From Octopus vulgaris (taxonomy: Eukaryota): 64,000 nucleotides of DNA. The notes beneath the pieces were generated by a model, which saw nothing but the letters and a program-made list of their open reading frames with translations, was not told where the DNA came from and searched no databases. The stretch lies in assembly GCA_951406725.2 (NCBI GenBank), contig OX597821.1:44454001-44518000 (forward strand). The letters are read 5' to 3'. A program made the position numbers and the translations under genes. This document shows positions 1-12,293 of the stretch, one piece after another (position 1 is the first letter of the stretch; each line of letters starts with the position of its first letter).

Positions 1-619
1 CTCTATTTTGTGTATCAGATAAAAAAAATCAATCATCAAAGCTAAAAATATCCTAAGGTTTGTAAACAAGAACTTATCACTGTATTTCATTGATTTCAAT
101 GTCTAATAACGCCATCATATTGTAAAAAAAAATAATAATAAAAAAGAAGGAAAAAAAACATCTTTTCAGTAACAATGTTGAATACTGTGAATATATTAGA
201 CTACCCAGTGCCTTAAAGTAAAATAATTGTTATATATGTAAATTGCGTATGATGTAAAGAGGAAGTGTAGTCAAATATCTCGATCATTTTTTTTATCTCT
301 AATGTATTAAATATAGCCATATTTCTAATTATAATTTCTGAACACATTCCATTAAATCATTTTGTTGCATGCTGTTGACCAAGTAGACCTATGTCAAAGA
401 CAGTCCATCTGTGACCATCCTGTTATTTTACAGACATGTCTAGGACAGCATTATTCATTGTGTTCATTCCTTATTGAAGACAGTAGGGTGTTGTTTGAGA
501 GAGATGTTGCCATCATTTCTAGCAGGTTAAGCAGCCACTAGCAGTTTTGTAGTACAAATATGCTGGACACTCCAGCATGGCTTGTGCTGTGAATGATGGC
601 TCAATATTTTTATCACTTT

Positions 620-1088
620 TATCTTTCACATGTTTGAGTCCATGCTGGAACACTGCCTTGGAGTGTTTTGCAGAACAAATTGGCTCCAGTGACGCCAGTA
701 TTTATTTTTTAAAGTCTGGTAATTATTCTATTGATCTGTTTCACCAAACCATAAAATTACAGGGACATAAATAAACCAACACCGGTTGTCAAGCAATGTA
801 ATGGGGACAAACACAAGCACAAAGATAAACACATGTATATATGTGTGAGCATGTGTGAATGGATAAACCCTAATCTTTCTATATGTGTGTATATGTGTGA
901 ATGGATAAACCCTAACCCTTCTATATGTGTGTGAGTGTGTATAATGAGCTTCTACACAGTTTCCATATATCACATTCCCTCACAAGGTATTGATTGAACA
1001 AGGGTAATAGTAGAAGACACTTTCCCAAGCAACACATTGGAATTGAACCTGAAACAATATGGCTGCAAAGAGAACTTCTTAATTACAC
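620..1088 (-). mobile_element. Old copy of tRNA/CORE-type SINE family A, with an internal 42-bp tandem duplication (~839-930)
   Basis: Degenerate match to the copies at 47777 and 62563 (accggttgtcaagcaatg, tagtagaagacactttcccaag, gaattgaacctgaaac). Confidence 0.75.
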
Positions 1089-1439
1089 CTAATTAAAAGA
1101 CTGACAATCTTATTTTTCTAATTTAATTGCCATTCAAACTTCATAGTTCTACTCAACACCCATATAAGTGTCTTATTTGAAGTTGTCATAATTGAAATAT
1201 TTTATAGACTAAGTAACACATCCATTTCCTTAACCTCTGATCTTTTAAAAAATTATATAAAGATTGAATGACAATATTTATGAGATTTCTTGGCTTCTTG
1301 AAGCTATGTATGTTTCATTTCGTTTTCAAGATACAGAATTAAGGAAATGATTGTATATTATGTTGTTGAACATTTAAGCATGCTTTCTCTTTTAGCATTA
1401 GAAACCAACAACACTTTGCCAATTTAAGATATAGTAATT

Positions 1440-1997
1440 GAACAAGGAGAGTACAAGAAGGATTGAGATGGCAGTCTAGTGTAGTGGAGGTAAGGAAGAA
1501 GACAGTGGTTGTGGTGCAGATGGTGGTGGCAGTGGAAAATGGGGAAGGTTAATAAGAGGGGGGTGGGGAAAGAAGGGGTGTGGTTGGAGGACATGTGGAG
1601 GAGCAGGACATGTTGGGGAGCATGACCTGTAGAGGAGCAGAAGAGGGGGGAGGACGAGAGGGATGGAGGGAGGGGAGGAGGGGGAGGAGAGGGAGGGGGA
1701 GGAGGGAGGGAGGGATGGGATGGGAGGGGGAGGAGAGAGATGGAGGGAGAAGAGGGATGGAGGGAGGAGGAAAGGAGAGATGGAGTGAGAAGGAGGATTG
1801 AAAGAGGAGAGAAGAGAGAAGAGAGGGCAGAGGAGATAGGGAGGTAGAAGAGGAGGAGGTGGAGGAAGAGGAAGATGAAGGGAGAGGAAAGAGGGAAGGG
1901 AAGGAGGAAGAGAGGTGAGAGGTGAGAGGGAAGAGGTGGAGGAAGAAGAAGAGGAGGAGAGAGGGAAGGGGAGGAGATAGGGAGGAGGAAGAGGAGG
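1440..1997. repeat. Polypurine (GGA/GAG/GGGA) low-complexity tract
   Basis: About 550 bp of almost pure G/A on the + strand. Confidence 0.95.
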
Positions 1998-2303
1998 TAC
2001 GTTGATCTAACTGCTAAGTTACGGGGATGTAAACACACCAGCATCGGTTGTCAAGCGATGTTGGGGAGGGAAAACACAGGCACACAAACATATACACACA
2101 CATACCTAAATATATATATATATATATATACATATATACGACAGGCTTCTTTCAGTTTCTGTCTACCAAATCCACTCAGAAAGCTTTGGTTGGCCTGAGG
2201 CTATAGTAGAAGACACTTGCCCAAGGTACCACGAAGTGAGACTGAACCAGGAACCATGTGGCTGATAAGCAATCTACTTACCTCACAGCCACTCCTACGC
2301 CTA
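1998..2303 (-). mobile_element. SINE family A, 3'-truncated at the purine tract
   Basis: Reverse complement begins ggcgtaggagtggctgtgagg...ggttcagtc...cttgggcaagtgtcttct; central (TA)n. Confidence 0.9.
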
Positions 2304-2454
2304 CATATATATGTATTTATGTGTATGTATATATATGTGTGTGTATGTATATATATATATATATATAATGTATATATATATGTATGCAAGTATGTATGTG
2401 TATACACACACACACATTAATCTTACAATCTTACATAGTAATCTTACATGTTGC

Positions 2455-2646
2455 AGGGTAATCTTACTAGTGCTGATGCCATGTAAAAACACCTTGTACA
2501 CCCAATAAAGTGGTTGGCATATGAAGGGCGTCCAACTAAGCTGAAACAGACATTTTAACACAATCCAGTATTCTAACTCATAGGATCCTCTGGAACAAGC
2601 CATGTCAACAAGGAAAGCAGACATGAAATGATGATGATGGTGATGA
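2455..2646 (+). mobile_element. RTE LINE 3' tail fragment
   Basis: gtgctgatgccatgtaaaaacacc...gtggttggcat...ccatgtcaacaaggaaagcagacat then (GAT)n; matches the 3' end of the RTE at 36449-38150. Confidence 0.75.
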
Positions 2647-2734
2647 CAGGGGTGATGATAGCAACAATGGTGATGATGTGTGACTGTTTACAATTTCCCT
2701 ACTCACATGCTTTTTCAATATTTTAGTTATACAG

Positions 2735-2950
2735 AAGCGGCAGACTGGCAGAAACGGTAGCATGCTGGGCAAAATGCTTAACAGTATTTCGTCTGTCTTT
2801 ACGTTCTGAGTTCAAATTCCACCGAGGTCGACTTTGCCTTTCATCCTTTCAGGGTCGACAAATTAAGTACCAGTTGCGTACTGAGGTTGATTTAATTGAC
2901 TTCCCCCTCCCCCAAAATTTCAAGCATTGTACCTAGAGCAGAAAAGAATA
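2735..2950 (+). mobile_element. Nin/Deu-domain tRNA SINE (family C)
   Basis: B-box gagttcaaattcc followed by gaggtcgactttgcctttcatcctttcagggtcgacaaattaagtaccag. Confidence 0.85.
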
Positions 2951-3204
2951 TTTTAGTTATGCAATAGTTTGGTTTTTTAATTTTGTAATTTTATTATCTA
3001 ATTATAATACAATTTATAGTTTGTTCAGGAAGAGCTATACCCAATGGCCTTCCCAGATTTACAGACAGAGAAATGAGGTAGATATAGTCAATGATCTTCT
3101 TGAATAACTTCAATGGTAAAAACAGATTTTTATTGTAAAAAAAAATCACTTGAAGGAAACAATGGATGTGAGAGGTGTGAAAAACGTTAGCTTTTTGAAG
3201 TCTG

Positions 3205-3412
3205 AGCTTTTAGCATTGAGATTTCTCTCTCAACAGTAATGCTTATTTATTGGTCTTGTTTGAATTAATCATGCATTATCTTATAGCTTCGAGATTTCAA
3301 TAATGTAACTGTTTGTATTTAGAATGACATAGTAGGATTGGTGTGAGAGGCTGAATCTGGCCAGTTTGAATATTTGAGCCTGATATGGTTGGTTTAAATG
3401 TTTAAAAGTTAA
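3205..3412 (-). mobile_element. piggyBac-like TTAA MITE (same family as 22627 and 23571)
   Basis: Reverse-complement similarity to 22627-22855; ends in TTAA. Confidence 0.7.
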
Positions 3413-3648
3413 ATATAGTTGAACTGAATAGAATGTGGTTGATCTAATACTGTGTGGAATTAACCTATCAGAGAAAGGCTTTTAGATCAGATTTGAACAT
3501 ACAATGTTAAGGGCTGTTTAAATTTTAGAAGACGCTTCAGACATGTACTGTTACTTGAAGGGATTTGGAATAAATGGCAATTAGAAATAAAATCCTCTTG
3601 AAATATAACACTTTAAAAGATTCTTGATATCACTAGTTACCTGATTAA

Positions 3649-5100
3649 CCTTCTGTCTACCAATGGGTCCAATGGACCCATTTCAGTTTTTTTCAGTTGC
3701 TTTTTCCTACTGTTTATATTATTTGATTCAGTTGATTTCTCGTGACTCTTATTTATTCTTGGCTCTCTTTTATTTGTTAAATGGGAAATTTTCCATATGT
3801 TTATAAAAGCTAGAAAGTTTCACTTTATACATTAATTGCCATTTGGCTCCATTGGACCCTCAAATTAAATTCAGACTATACTTTTGTCATTCTAAACAGA
3901 ATAAAAGTGGTATCAAATATTATTTTCCTAGATATTTATCAGATATCTATATATATAAAACTCAACTTGTGTGTGTATCTGTGTGTGTGTCTGTGTGTTT
4001 AACTTCCCAGCACATCTCCTCCTAGCCAACAAATCATAGAACCACCAAAAATGGGTCACTTAAAGTTTAGGCGAATGAAAATTGAACTGCACTATTTCTG
4101 TCCCGAAATTCATCTCGCAAGTGCAAAAATGTTTTTGTTTAGGCCTTATCCCATGCATTGAATAGTGAACTTTACTCAGTCAGCTGTTTGACATGAACTG
4201 TGTTCACCACGCATGCAAGCATGCATAAATTGTTTTTTCGTATTAATCATTTGGACTTTGTGAACACGTACCAGTTGTTTTCATAACATTTTTAATGCTT
4301 TGAATTAAATGTGACCATTTTGCGTTGAGTCTGCAGTTTGAATCACTTTAACCAAATTTTAGCAGGCCGGATTTTTGATCATCACAATAAATCACCAGCG
4401 ACTCCCTGAAACTCTCCCCTGAAATCCCCGTTGAGAAATCTATATATATAAAACTCAACTTGTGTGTCTGTGTGTGTGTCTGTGTGTTTAACTTTTGGAT
4501 CTACCAAGTTTCATTATTAAGGATGGAAAGTAGTGTGCAGCAAATCTATATATATAAAGCTAAAGTTGTCTGTGTGTGGCAGGTTTGGTAGCCTTCAACT
4601 AACACTATCTCGTTCAAGACCCTGCAGCACAAGTTGACCAAAATTGAGAGTATGATAGAAGAAGGCTTGCTCTTCATTCTGTAGAAGATAAAATTCAAAT
4701 TGGACCATGTTAACACCAAAAATTATTTACATCAAAAAGGTGCTTTTTTTCTATGAAAATCCCTATTTTTTACGATTTTTGACTGCTGTGTCACCATTTT
4801 TCAGTGTATTTCAACTGGAAAAAGGTTCACTTGAAGAGAATAACAAGTTGCATAATGCAAAATTTTTACTTTTCAAAAATTCCAATTCTAAAGGGTCGAA
4901 ACAAACCCAAGCAACACCAGGTGATACTGCTAGTCTCAAATACTTCTCTTATGGGTTCCAATTTATTATCACTTCTCTTTTTTTCTTCTTGCACTAGCAT
5001 CATCAAAATGCAATACTTGTAAAATCTGTTGAAATCTTCCCCGGCTCATAATTTTGTTGAATATTGGGCAGTCATCTTCTTGACTCCATAACTGTGTGAA
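3649..5100 (-). mobile_element. Internally deleted piggyBac remnant, interrupted by a Helitron at 3946-4933
   Basis: TTAA-CCTT terminus with subterminal palindrome atgggtcca-a-tggacccat; 5100-4934 translates (one frameshift) LWSQEDDCPIFNKIMSRGRFQQILQVLHFDD...NKLEPIREVFE, typical of piggyBac DDE transposases. Confidence 0.8.
3946..4933 (+). mobile_element. Composite non-autonomous Helitron (three 5' ends, one 3' end)
   Basis: 5' TCTATATATATAAA at 3946, 4439 and 4545; 3' acccaagcaacaccaggtgatactgCTAG; inserted between A and T with no TSD. Confidence 0.85.
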
Positions 5101-5184
5101 GGCTGTAATGATGTAATGTAGTGTAGTAATGGTACATTCATCATATTATGAAAGAAACCATTATATGGGTGTATATGATATCGA

Positions 5185-5392
5185 TTTCAAATTTTGGCAT
5201 AAGACCAGTAATTTCAGGGAAGTGGGAAAATTAATTACATTGATCCCTGTACTCAACTGGTACTTATTTCATTAATCCCGAAAGAATGAAAGGCAAAGTT
5301 GACCTTGGCAGCATTTGAACTCAGAACAAGAAAATAGAAAATACTATGAAGTATCTCACCTGATGTGCTAACGATTCTACCAGCTCGCCACC
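5185..5392 (-). mobile_element. Nin/Deu-domain SINE (family C)
   Basis: ctggtacttatt...gaatgaaaggcaaagttgacc...atttgaactcagaa...accagctcgccacctt is the reverse complement of family C. Confidence 0.8.
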
Positions 5393-6157
5393 TTTATAGG
5401 TGTATATGATACCAACAGTAGAGGTTGTCAAATAAAGTATATACATTGAGCCACACAAGAAATTTACCGACGTGTGTGTGTCTCTGTGTGTGCTCGTGCA
5501 TGGGTGTGGGTGTGCATACATATGTATGTATGTATGTACACATATATCTACACACACACACACACACACGTCTGTGTGTGTGTGTGTGTGTGTGCATGTA
5601 TATACAAACTGGCATGGCTGTATAGTAAGAAGTGTGCTTTTCAAGCCCATTTCTCTCACTGCACATGCAACTATGTGCTACCATCTTTTGGTGGACTATA
5701 GAACTAGTTCAGGAACTTTTTGATACCACCTCATGTGTGTGTGTGTGTGTGCATGCATATACACAATAGGCTTCATTCTGTTTCTGCCTACTAGAGACTA
5801 TAGTAGAAGATGTTTGCTTAAGGTGCCATGCAGTGGTATTGAACCTGAAACCAGTTGGGAAGCAAACCTCCCAGCCACACAGATTAGCACACCTACTGTA
5901 TTGACAAATATACAAGTGCCTATTTTTCTGACTTATGGATTCTTAAAAAACTACATAATACACATTTGTATGTATACCTACATGTATGGACACACCTATA
6001 TCTATACCTGCATGCATATATGAATGCACATATACATATATACACACACACATATACACATGCACACATACAATTATATATAGATATATAAGTACCATAC
6101 ACATATTTACAGATTGTTAGATGCATAAATATTCAATCATCAAAACTTATTTCAATG

Positions 6158-6188
<31 letters not shown>

Positions 6189-6807
6189 GTTTCCATTTCT
6201 CTTTTCTTTCTCTTTGTTAATCTGAGAAAAAATTAACTGAAAATCTACACAAATCAGTGAAAATTATATTTTCTTAAAAAAATAAACTTGTGTAGCAATT
6301 TCAGATTTTATCTTTCTCTGTTCATTTTTTCGCTATGATCTCAGTGAAATGTTGCATATATGCTTCTAAATGTGTGTGGGTGTGTGTGTGTGATTTGACT
6401 CAGTTGATAAGAACAAATTGAAATATCTCACAACATGGTTTCATAATCAAGGTTAACATAAATAAATTTAAGTGAAAAGAAATATTTCAGAAAATTCTTT
6501 AGTAGGAATCTATGCTTTCAGCATAAGAATTGGTGTCTGCATTTACAATAAGAAATACTGTAGTTTGTTAAAAAGAAACCAACCAAGATTGTTGAATCTG
6601 AAGATCTTGTCATCAAAGATTTACAAATATTAAACAATGGTCTATGTATGTTGACCATTTATTCACAGAAAATGAATACTTTTACATTAAACAGAATGTT
6701 CCAATATGAACAATGTTATGAAGTCTGTTTAAGATATAAAACATATATATATTTAAATATATGCATATACATGCATACAAAGCATTATTTACATATATAT
6801 ATACATA

Positions 6808-7177
6808 GGCGCAGTAGTGGCTGTGTGGTAAGTAGCTTGCTAACCAACCACATGGTTCCGGGTTCAGTCCCACTGCGTGGCATCTTGTGAGTGGATTTGG
6901 TAGTTGGAAACTGAAAGAAGCCTGTCGTATATATGTATATATATATATATGTATATGTGGGTGTGTGTGTTTGTGTGTCTGTGTTTGTCCCCCAAGCATT
7001 GCTTGACAACCAATGTGTGTTTACATCCCCGTCACTTAGCGGCTTGGCAAAAGAGACCGATAGAATAAGTACTGGGCTTACAAAGAATAAGTTCCAAGGT
7101 CGATTTGCTTGACTAAAGGCGGTGCTCCAGCATGGCCGCAGTCAAATGACTGTAACAAGTAAAAGAGAGTAAAGAGT
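6808..7177 (+). mobile_element. SINE family A with a microhomology (CTTG) deletion of part of the CORE region
   Basis: tRNA-like head; catcttg|tgagtgg junction lacks ~45 bp present in the 47777 copy; tail ggcggtgctccagcatggccgcagtcaaatgact. Confidence 0.9.
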
Positions 7178-7214
7178 ACATACATACATACATACACACA
7201 CACACATATGTGTG

Positions 7215-7263
<49 letters not shown>

Positions 7264-7264
7264 C

Positions 7265-7462
7265 TGACATTGCTTGTGCTAGTGCCACATAAAGAAGCAC
7301 TCAGTCCACTATGCAGGGTAGCTGAAGCTAGGAAGGGCATCCAGCTCTAAAAATTATGCCATAATGGACACAGAAGCCTGGTGTAGCCTTCAGCCTGTAG
7401 CCTTCAGCTCCTGTGAAACCATCCAATCCATGCCAGCATGGAAGGCAGATGTTAAGCAATGA

Positions 7463-7466
<4 letters not shown>
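7265..7466 (+). mobile_element. RTE LINE 3' tail fragment between (TA)n tracts
   Basis: aggaagggcatccagct...ccatgccagcatggaaggcagatgttaa then gat repeats. Confidence 0.75.
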
Positions 7467-7510
<44 letters not shown>

Positions 7511-7649
7511 GAAGTGTACAGTATAATATATCCACTACAGCTGATCTTACCAGTCAGTTTCATGCTAGGGATTCAATGGAATGTTAGGTAACAGCCTGAT
7601 TGTGCTACCCTGCATTCTTCAGGGGTGACAGTTATGGAAATATATATAC

Positions 7650-8040
7650 ATTTACATTTACATCACATTAAACATTAAATGGAGTTCTTTTACTCCAAGC
7701 ACAGATGTCCTTGCATCTTCATGCATCTCTTCAATTAAAGCAATGATTCTGAAAAACCAAATGAGATGGTCTGGCCATATTGTTTGAATGGCAGAGGAAC
7801 GCATACCCATATAAGAGCCCTTCCGCTTTGTTAAATGACATGTAAATAACGACACAAAATTGGCTCTTTATAAATTGTTTGTCTTACCATCCTTGTTGTA
7901 TTCTTCTGCAACATGGACATATTATTAAAGATATTTCAAATTGTTAGAACAATTCCACCAAAAATGCCTTCATTGCACTTACATTTACATCATATTAAAC
8001 ATTAAATGGAGTTCTTTTACTTGAAACACAGATGTCCTCA
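7650..8040 (+). pseudogene. RTE/BovB-like LINE ORF C-terminal pieces, out of order
   Basis: SSIKAMILKNQMRWSGHIV*MAEERIP precedes TKLALYKLFVLPSLLYSSATWT...LEQFHQKCL; ~60 bp overlap duplicated (7652-7711 vs 7980-8038). Confidence 0.8.
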
Positions 8041-8045
8041 TAAAT

Positions 8046-8230
8046 TTGGTTTTCTGCATCGGAGGAGAGCATATACCAACTGTTCATAAGCAAAGTGTCA
8101 AAAGCCTGGGAAGATGGTACAGTTTTCCCCTTACAGACAGACATTGTGGTATTGAACTGCAGAAGCAGGTAGAGACAGGGCTGAAAAGCATTGATCAAGC
8201 AAGTTTTCCAGGGATATCCAAGCAAGTCCA
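8046..8230 (+). pseudogene. Hero/NeSL-like non-LTR retrotransposon fragment (post-RT region)
   Basis: FCIGGEHIPTVHKQSVKSLGRWY...GLKSIDQASFPGISK resembles the IPT..EKPVKSLG...IDKS.LPG..K segment of Hero elements. Confidence 0.65.
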
Positions 8231-8284
8231 CAGTGCCACTCGTGTGAGAAGTGTGGGAGTAAAATACATATGATATTTATCTAT

Positions 8285-8862
8285 TTGTGAATAAGCTGAA
8301 TAACAATAAGTCTCTAAGGTCTGATGGAATCTGTGCAGAGGTCATGAAATATGGGGGTGACAAAATGTTTGAACTCTTAAATATACTAATTTGTCACTGT
8401 TGGAGAACTGAGAAAGTGCCTCAGGACTGGATTGATGCCATTTTAGTCTCTTTGTATAAATCGGGGCCAAAAGATCTGTGTGGTAATTTTCGTGGATTTC
8501 ACTTTTGTCTGTGACCGGAAAGGTACTTGCCTGCACTCTATTAGAACATTTAAAGACCTTCATAATTCCAAATATAACATTTGAGTTTCAATGTGGTTTT
8601 TGCTCCTCCAAGGGCACAGTTGATTGTATTTTTACTATCAGACAATTTCAGGGAAAGTGCATTGAACAGAATCTTGCTCTATACCATTGCTTTGTTGATT
8701 TGAGCAAAGCATTCAATACTGTTAATTGAAATGCTCTGTAGCTAATTCTAAGGAAAATAGGTTGCCCAGAAAAATTTGTAAACATGATCAGGGCTTTGTA
8801 TCAAGATATGAAAGCTAGGGTTAAGTTTGGTGGTAATCTCTCTGACTCTTTTGCCATGGAAA
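8285..8862 (+). pseudogene. RTE/BovB-like reverse transcriptase N-terminal half
   Basis: DGICAEVMKYGG...VPQDWIDA...GNFRG/ISLLSVTGKV...QCGF...FVDLSKAFNTVN...GCPEKFVNMIRALY, with frameshift and stops. Confidence 0.9.
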
Positions 8863-9300
8863 AAAGAACACATATATATAGAAATCAAATGACCTCAGAA
8901 GCCACAGAGAGCTCACTTTATGAACAAGCATGTTGAAAAATTAGTCAAGGAATAAGAATTAAAAATTAGGCTTCCACCTTTGCAAAGTTTGCAGAGGAAA
9001 TGGCAGATAGCTTAATACTGGTTTTGGGCTCTGAATTATACATTCTTATCCCATTCTCAGTAAAGCTTACCACAAAATAGGTCAAATTTAAACATATTCC
9101 CTTCAACCGTGCTTGTTTGTTCATTTGATGGCCTGAAGGCACATACATAGATGAACTAATTTGACTTCCATCTCTAGTAAAGCTGGTACTCTTTCGATAC
9201 CATAACATTTTTAAAACTTGCCTGCATAGCTCATGCTTTGAATAGCCATTAATATTATTAATTTCATTATTAATAGTATACTTGTATATTTTTTATACAC

Positions 9301-9348
<48 letters not shown>

Positions 9349-9445
9349 CATGTGCATGTGTATATGTATATGCATGCACTTGTGTGTGTCCCTGTCTGTA
9401 GAAATATATAATCATGTCTGCATTTGCATGTGAATGTACATATCT

Positions 9446-9485
<40 letters not shown>

Positions 9486-9506
9486 ATATATATATATATG
9501 CCTTCT

Positions 9507-9562
9507 GGGGCGGTGCCCCAGCATGGCCACAGCTCGTGAGCTGAAACTAGAATCAATCAATC
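9507..9562 (+). mobile_element. Extreme 3' tip of a CR1-group LINE
   Basis: ggcggtgccccagcatggccacagctcgtgagctgaaactag(aatc)n matches the end of the LINE at 27102-27146. Confidence 0.7.
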
Positions 9563-9569
9563 ATATATA

Positions 9570-9900
9570 TATTGGGTCATGCCATAAATAATGCGGTTTT
9601 TTTTTTATACCTCTTTTATATTTCAAAATTAAGATAAACAAAGTTCTTTTTCAATCTAAAATGCACTCCTCTTCATTTTCTACAATGCTCTTCTATCTAT
9701 CTGGTAGACTTGCAAGGTCTCTCTTCCAAAATTCACTTATCTGTGACAAAAAACACACCTCCAGTATTGTTCTGACCTTGTCCACAGAATTCATACTTTT
9801 TCCGCACAATTGATTTTAAAGACTACAAGACTACGGAATAAATGATAATCAGATGGACTAGTGTCCGGTGAACATGGTGGGTGGGGCATCGTTTCCTTCT
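9570..9900 (-). mobile_element. Tc1/mariner 3' end with transposase C-terminus
   Basis: MPHPPCSPDTSPSDYHLFRSL (HPPYSPDLAPSDYHLF motif)...LPDR*KSIVENEEECILD*; TA plus TIR-like ttgggtcatgccataaataatgcgg. Confidence 0.85.
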
Positions 9901-9901
9901 C

Positions 9902-10105
9902 AAACTTTTTCCTATTATCCACTACAACAATGTTGGTATTTGAGCATTAATTAGACAGTCACAGTGGATTATAAAATCCCACAAAAATTTATATTCCTTA
10001 TTCTCAGTGATGCCTTCTGGTTCATGTTTGTACTATTTCCATGTTCTTCCAAAATCGTACTTTTCACAGTCTCCAGTGAACAAACTTAGCCACATTACCA
10101 CGTCA
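9902..10105 (-). pseudogene. Dong/R4-clade LINE restriction-like endonuclease fragment
   Basis: NVAKFVHWRL/EKYD...YKHEPEGITENKEYKFLWDFIIHCD...NIVVVD matches the R4/Dong RHN..VHW...LWDF...PDIVVVD region. Confidence 0.75.
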
Positions 10106-11289
10106 CCATTATTGTTGTTGTTGCTTTTTTTTGTTTCTGTTGTAGTTGTTTAGTCCAAAACACTGACACCACATCTTCATGGCCATATATGATAAACACC
10201 ATTCACTAAAGCTCTTAACCACGCACTGGCACCTAGTTCACTTCATTCCCATCCTCTCATCTAAATTCTTGATCTTCTCAATCTAACATTCTTCAACAAT
10301 TTTTCCTGAGGCTTCATATACAAATAAATACAATATTATTCCCTCATAGATCTTTTCTTCACTGCACCACTATCTTACCTTATATATATCCTTCTCTTCC
10401 ATTTGTCTCCCTTTTTTCTCTCCCCACTCTCTATCTCACCTGATCTTCTTTTTCCCACTCTATATACAGTTATCTATCCTCCTAACTTACGAGCTGACTT
10501 ACTTCTCTAACCACACACACATATATTGAAATATTTCCATCCATTTCTTCCTATTTGGAAATGCTTCAACTGAAGTAGCTTTACATAAAGGATGCATTTC
10601 CTATTATATATAACACAAACCTGAAATGTATGTGTTAAAAGAATTCAAAATATCACTATTTGGTTTGACTTCAATATTACAGTTCAGATGTATAAACCTA
10701 GTGGGACCTGTGGAAATTCCATAGAGTAAAAAAATTAAGAGAAGGTATTTAATAGAGAAAGGATGATTTGCATTTTTATCTTTATTTTGCTAAGTTATTT
10801 CATTTCAGATGATTTTTAAAATTTCCCTCTGCTGGGCATTTTATATTTCTCTTTCTCTCTCTCTCTCTTCAACAAACTTTTGAATCACATAATTCCTCTT
10901 TTCATGTCTTTAACATTTCTCTCTTTCTCTTCACCGTTACCGCCCCACCCTACTGCACATCATTAACACTTCTCTCTCCCACTTTTCTCTCACCGTTTTT
11001 TCTCTCAGTCTTTTCCTCTCCCTTCATCTAACCACTTGATGCATTTGGCCTTAGTGTATTATTATACTCCTCTCTTCTTTCTTCTCTACTCACATTTCTC
11101 CCTCCCCCTCTCTCTCTCACTTTTATTCCACCTCTCACTAACTCCACTTCTCTAACTAACTAAAGTATAACAAGCAAACAAGCAGATGTTACATTCATAC
11201 ATATGTATGTATGTATACATATGTACATACATACGTACATAATGTATGTATGTATGTATGTATGTATGTATGTACGCACGTACATACAT

Positions 11290-11600
11290 ATCACGTGACG
11301 TGATCATGTGACTGACCAGACCATCAGATGTTGTTACACATCGCTGGTCACAATGCGTTCACATTGTTTTAGCCTTCGAATGACGCCACCCTGCTGGCTA
11401 AGCGAGCAGGCCAACAGAAGAAAGAGTAGGAGAAAGAGTGGTGAAAGAGTACAGCAGGGATCACCACCCCCTGCCGGAGCCTCGTGGGGCTTTTAGGTGT
11501 TTTTGCTCAATAAACACTCACAACACCCGGTCTGGGAATCGAAACTGTGATCCTACGACCGCGAGTCCGCTGCCCAAACCACTGGGCCATTGCGCCTCCA
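11290..11600 (-). mobile_element. tRNA(Arg)-like SINE, family B2 (head shared with B1, different tail)
   Basis: Head ggcgcaatggcccagtggtttgggcagcggactcgcggtcgtagg; tail ...gcattgtgaccagcgatgtgtaacaacatctgatggtctggtcagtcac. Confidence 0.9.
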
Positions 11601-11639
11601 CACATACATATAGATAGATAATTTGGCGGCTAAATAGAC

Positions 11640-11677
<38 letters not shown>

Positions 11678-11709
11678 GAAAGCAGGCAGGCAGGCAGGCA
11701 GACAGACAG

Positions 11710-11740
<31 letters not shown>

Positions 11741-12159
11741 GATATGTACGGTTGCAGTTAAGAATTTTACTTCCAAATCCTGTGGTCTCAGGTTCTGTTC
11801 CCCTGTGCTGCATTTTTCACAGGTGTCTTCTAATGGTGCCTTACACTGAACAAACCCTTGTGAGTGAATTTTCTAAACAGAAAGTGAAAGAAGCCTGGTG
11901 TGTGTGTGTGTGTGTGTGTGTGTCTGGAGTGAGAGAGGGAGAGAGAGTGAGAGAGGAAGAGAGTGAGAGATTCAACAGTCTTTGAAACAAGTTTTAATAA
12001 AGTACTAGTACTAATTTTGTCTGAAAACTACAAAACAATATTTAACAAAATTTCAGTTATATGTTGTTGTTGTTGTGGTGGTGGTGGTGGTGGTGGGTTG
12101 TGGTGGGTGGTGGTGGTGGTGGTGGTGGTGGTGGGTAGTGGTGGTGGTAGTTGTTGCTA

Positions 12160-12203
<44 letters not shown>

Positions 12204-12224
12204 ATTCCAATGTCTTTTCTTCAG

Positions 12225-12293
12225 CCGTTATCAGCAGGTCTCACCGGACATCCACCTCATCTATCAATGACGGCCATCTCCTATACTCAATAA
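12225..12293 (+). CDS. Candidate terminal coding exon of an unidentified host gene (PLSAGLTGHPPHLSMTAISYTQ*)
   Basis: Acceptor gtcttttcttcag; non-repetitive sequence retaining CpGs; stop followed by AT-rich UTR-like sequence with ATTAAA near 12360. Confidence 0.4.
   Translation, partial: PLSAGLTGHPPHLSMTAISYTQ

Noticed and set aside
1424-2044. 206-aa Pro/Leu/Ser-rich ORF
   Set aside because: Artefact of the polypurine tract running into a SINE.
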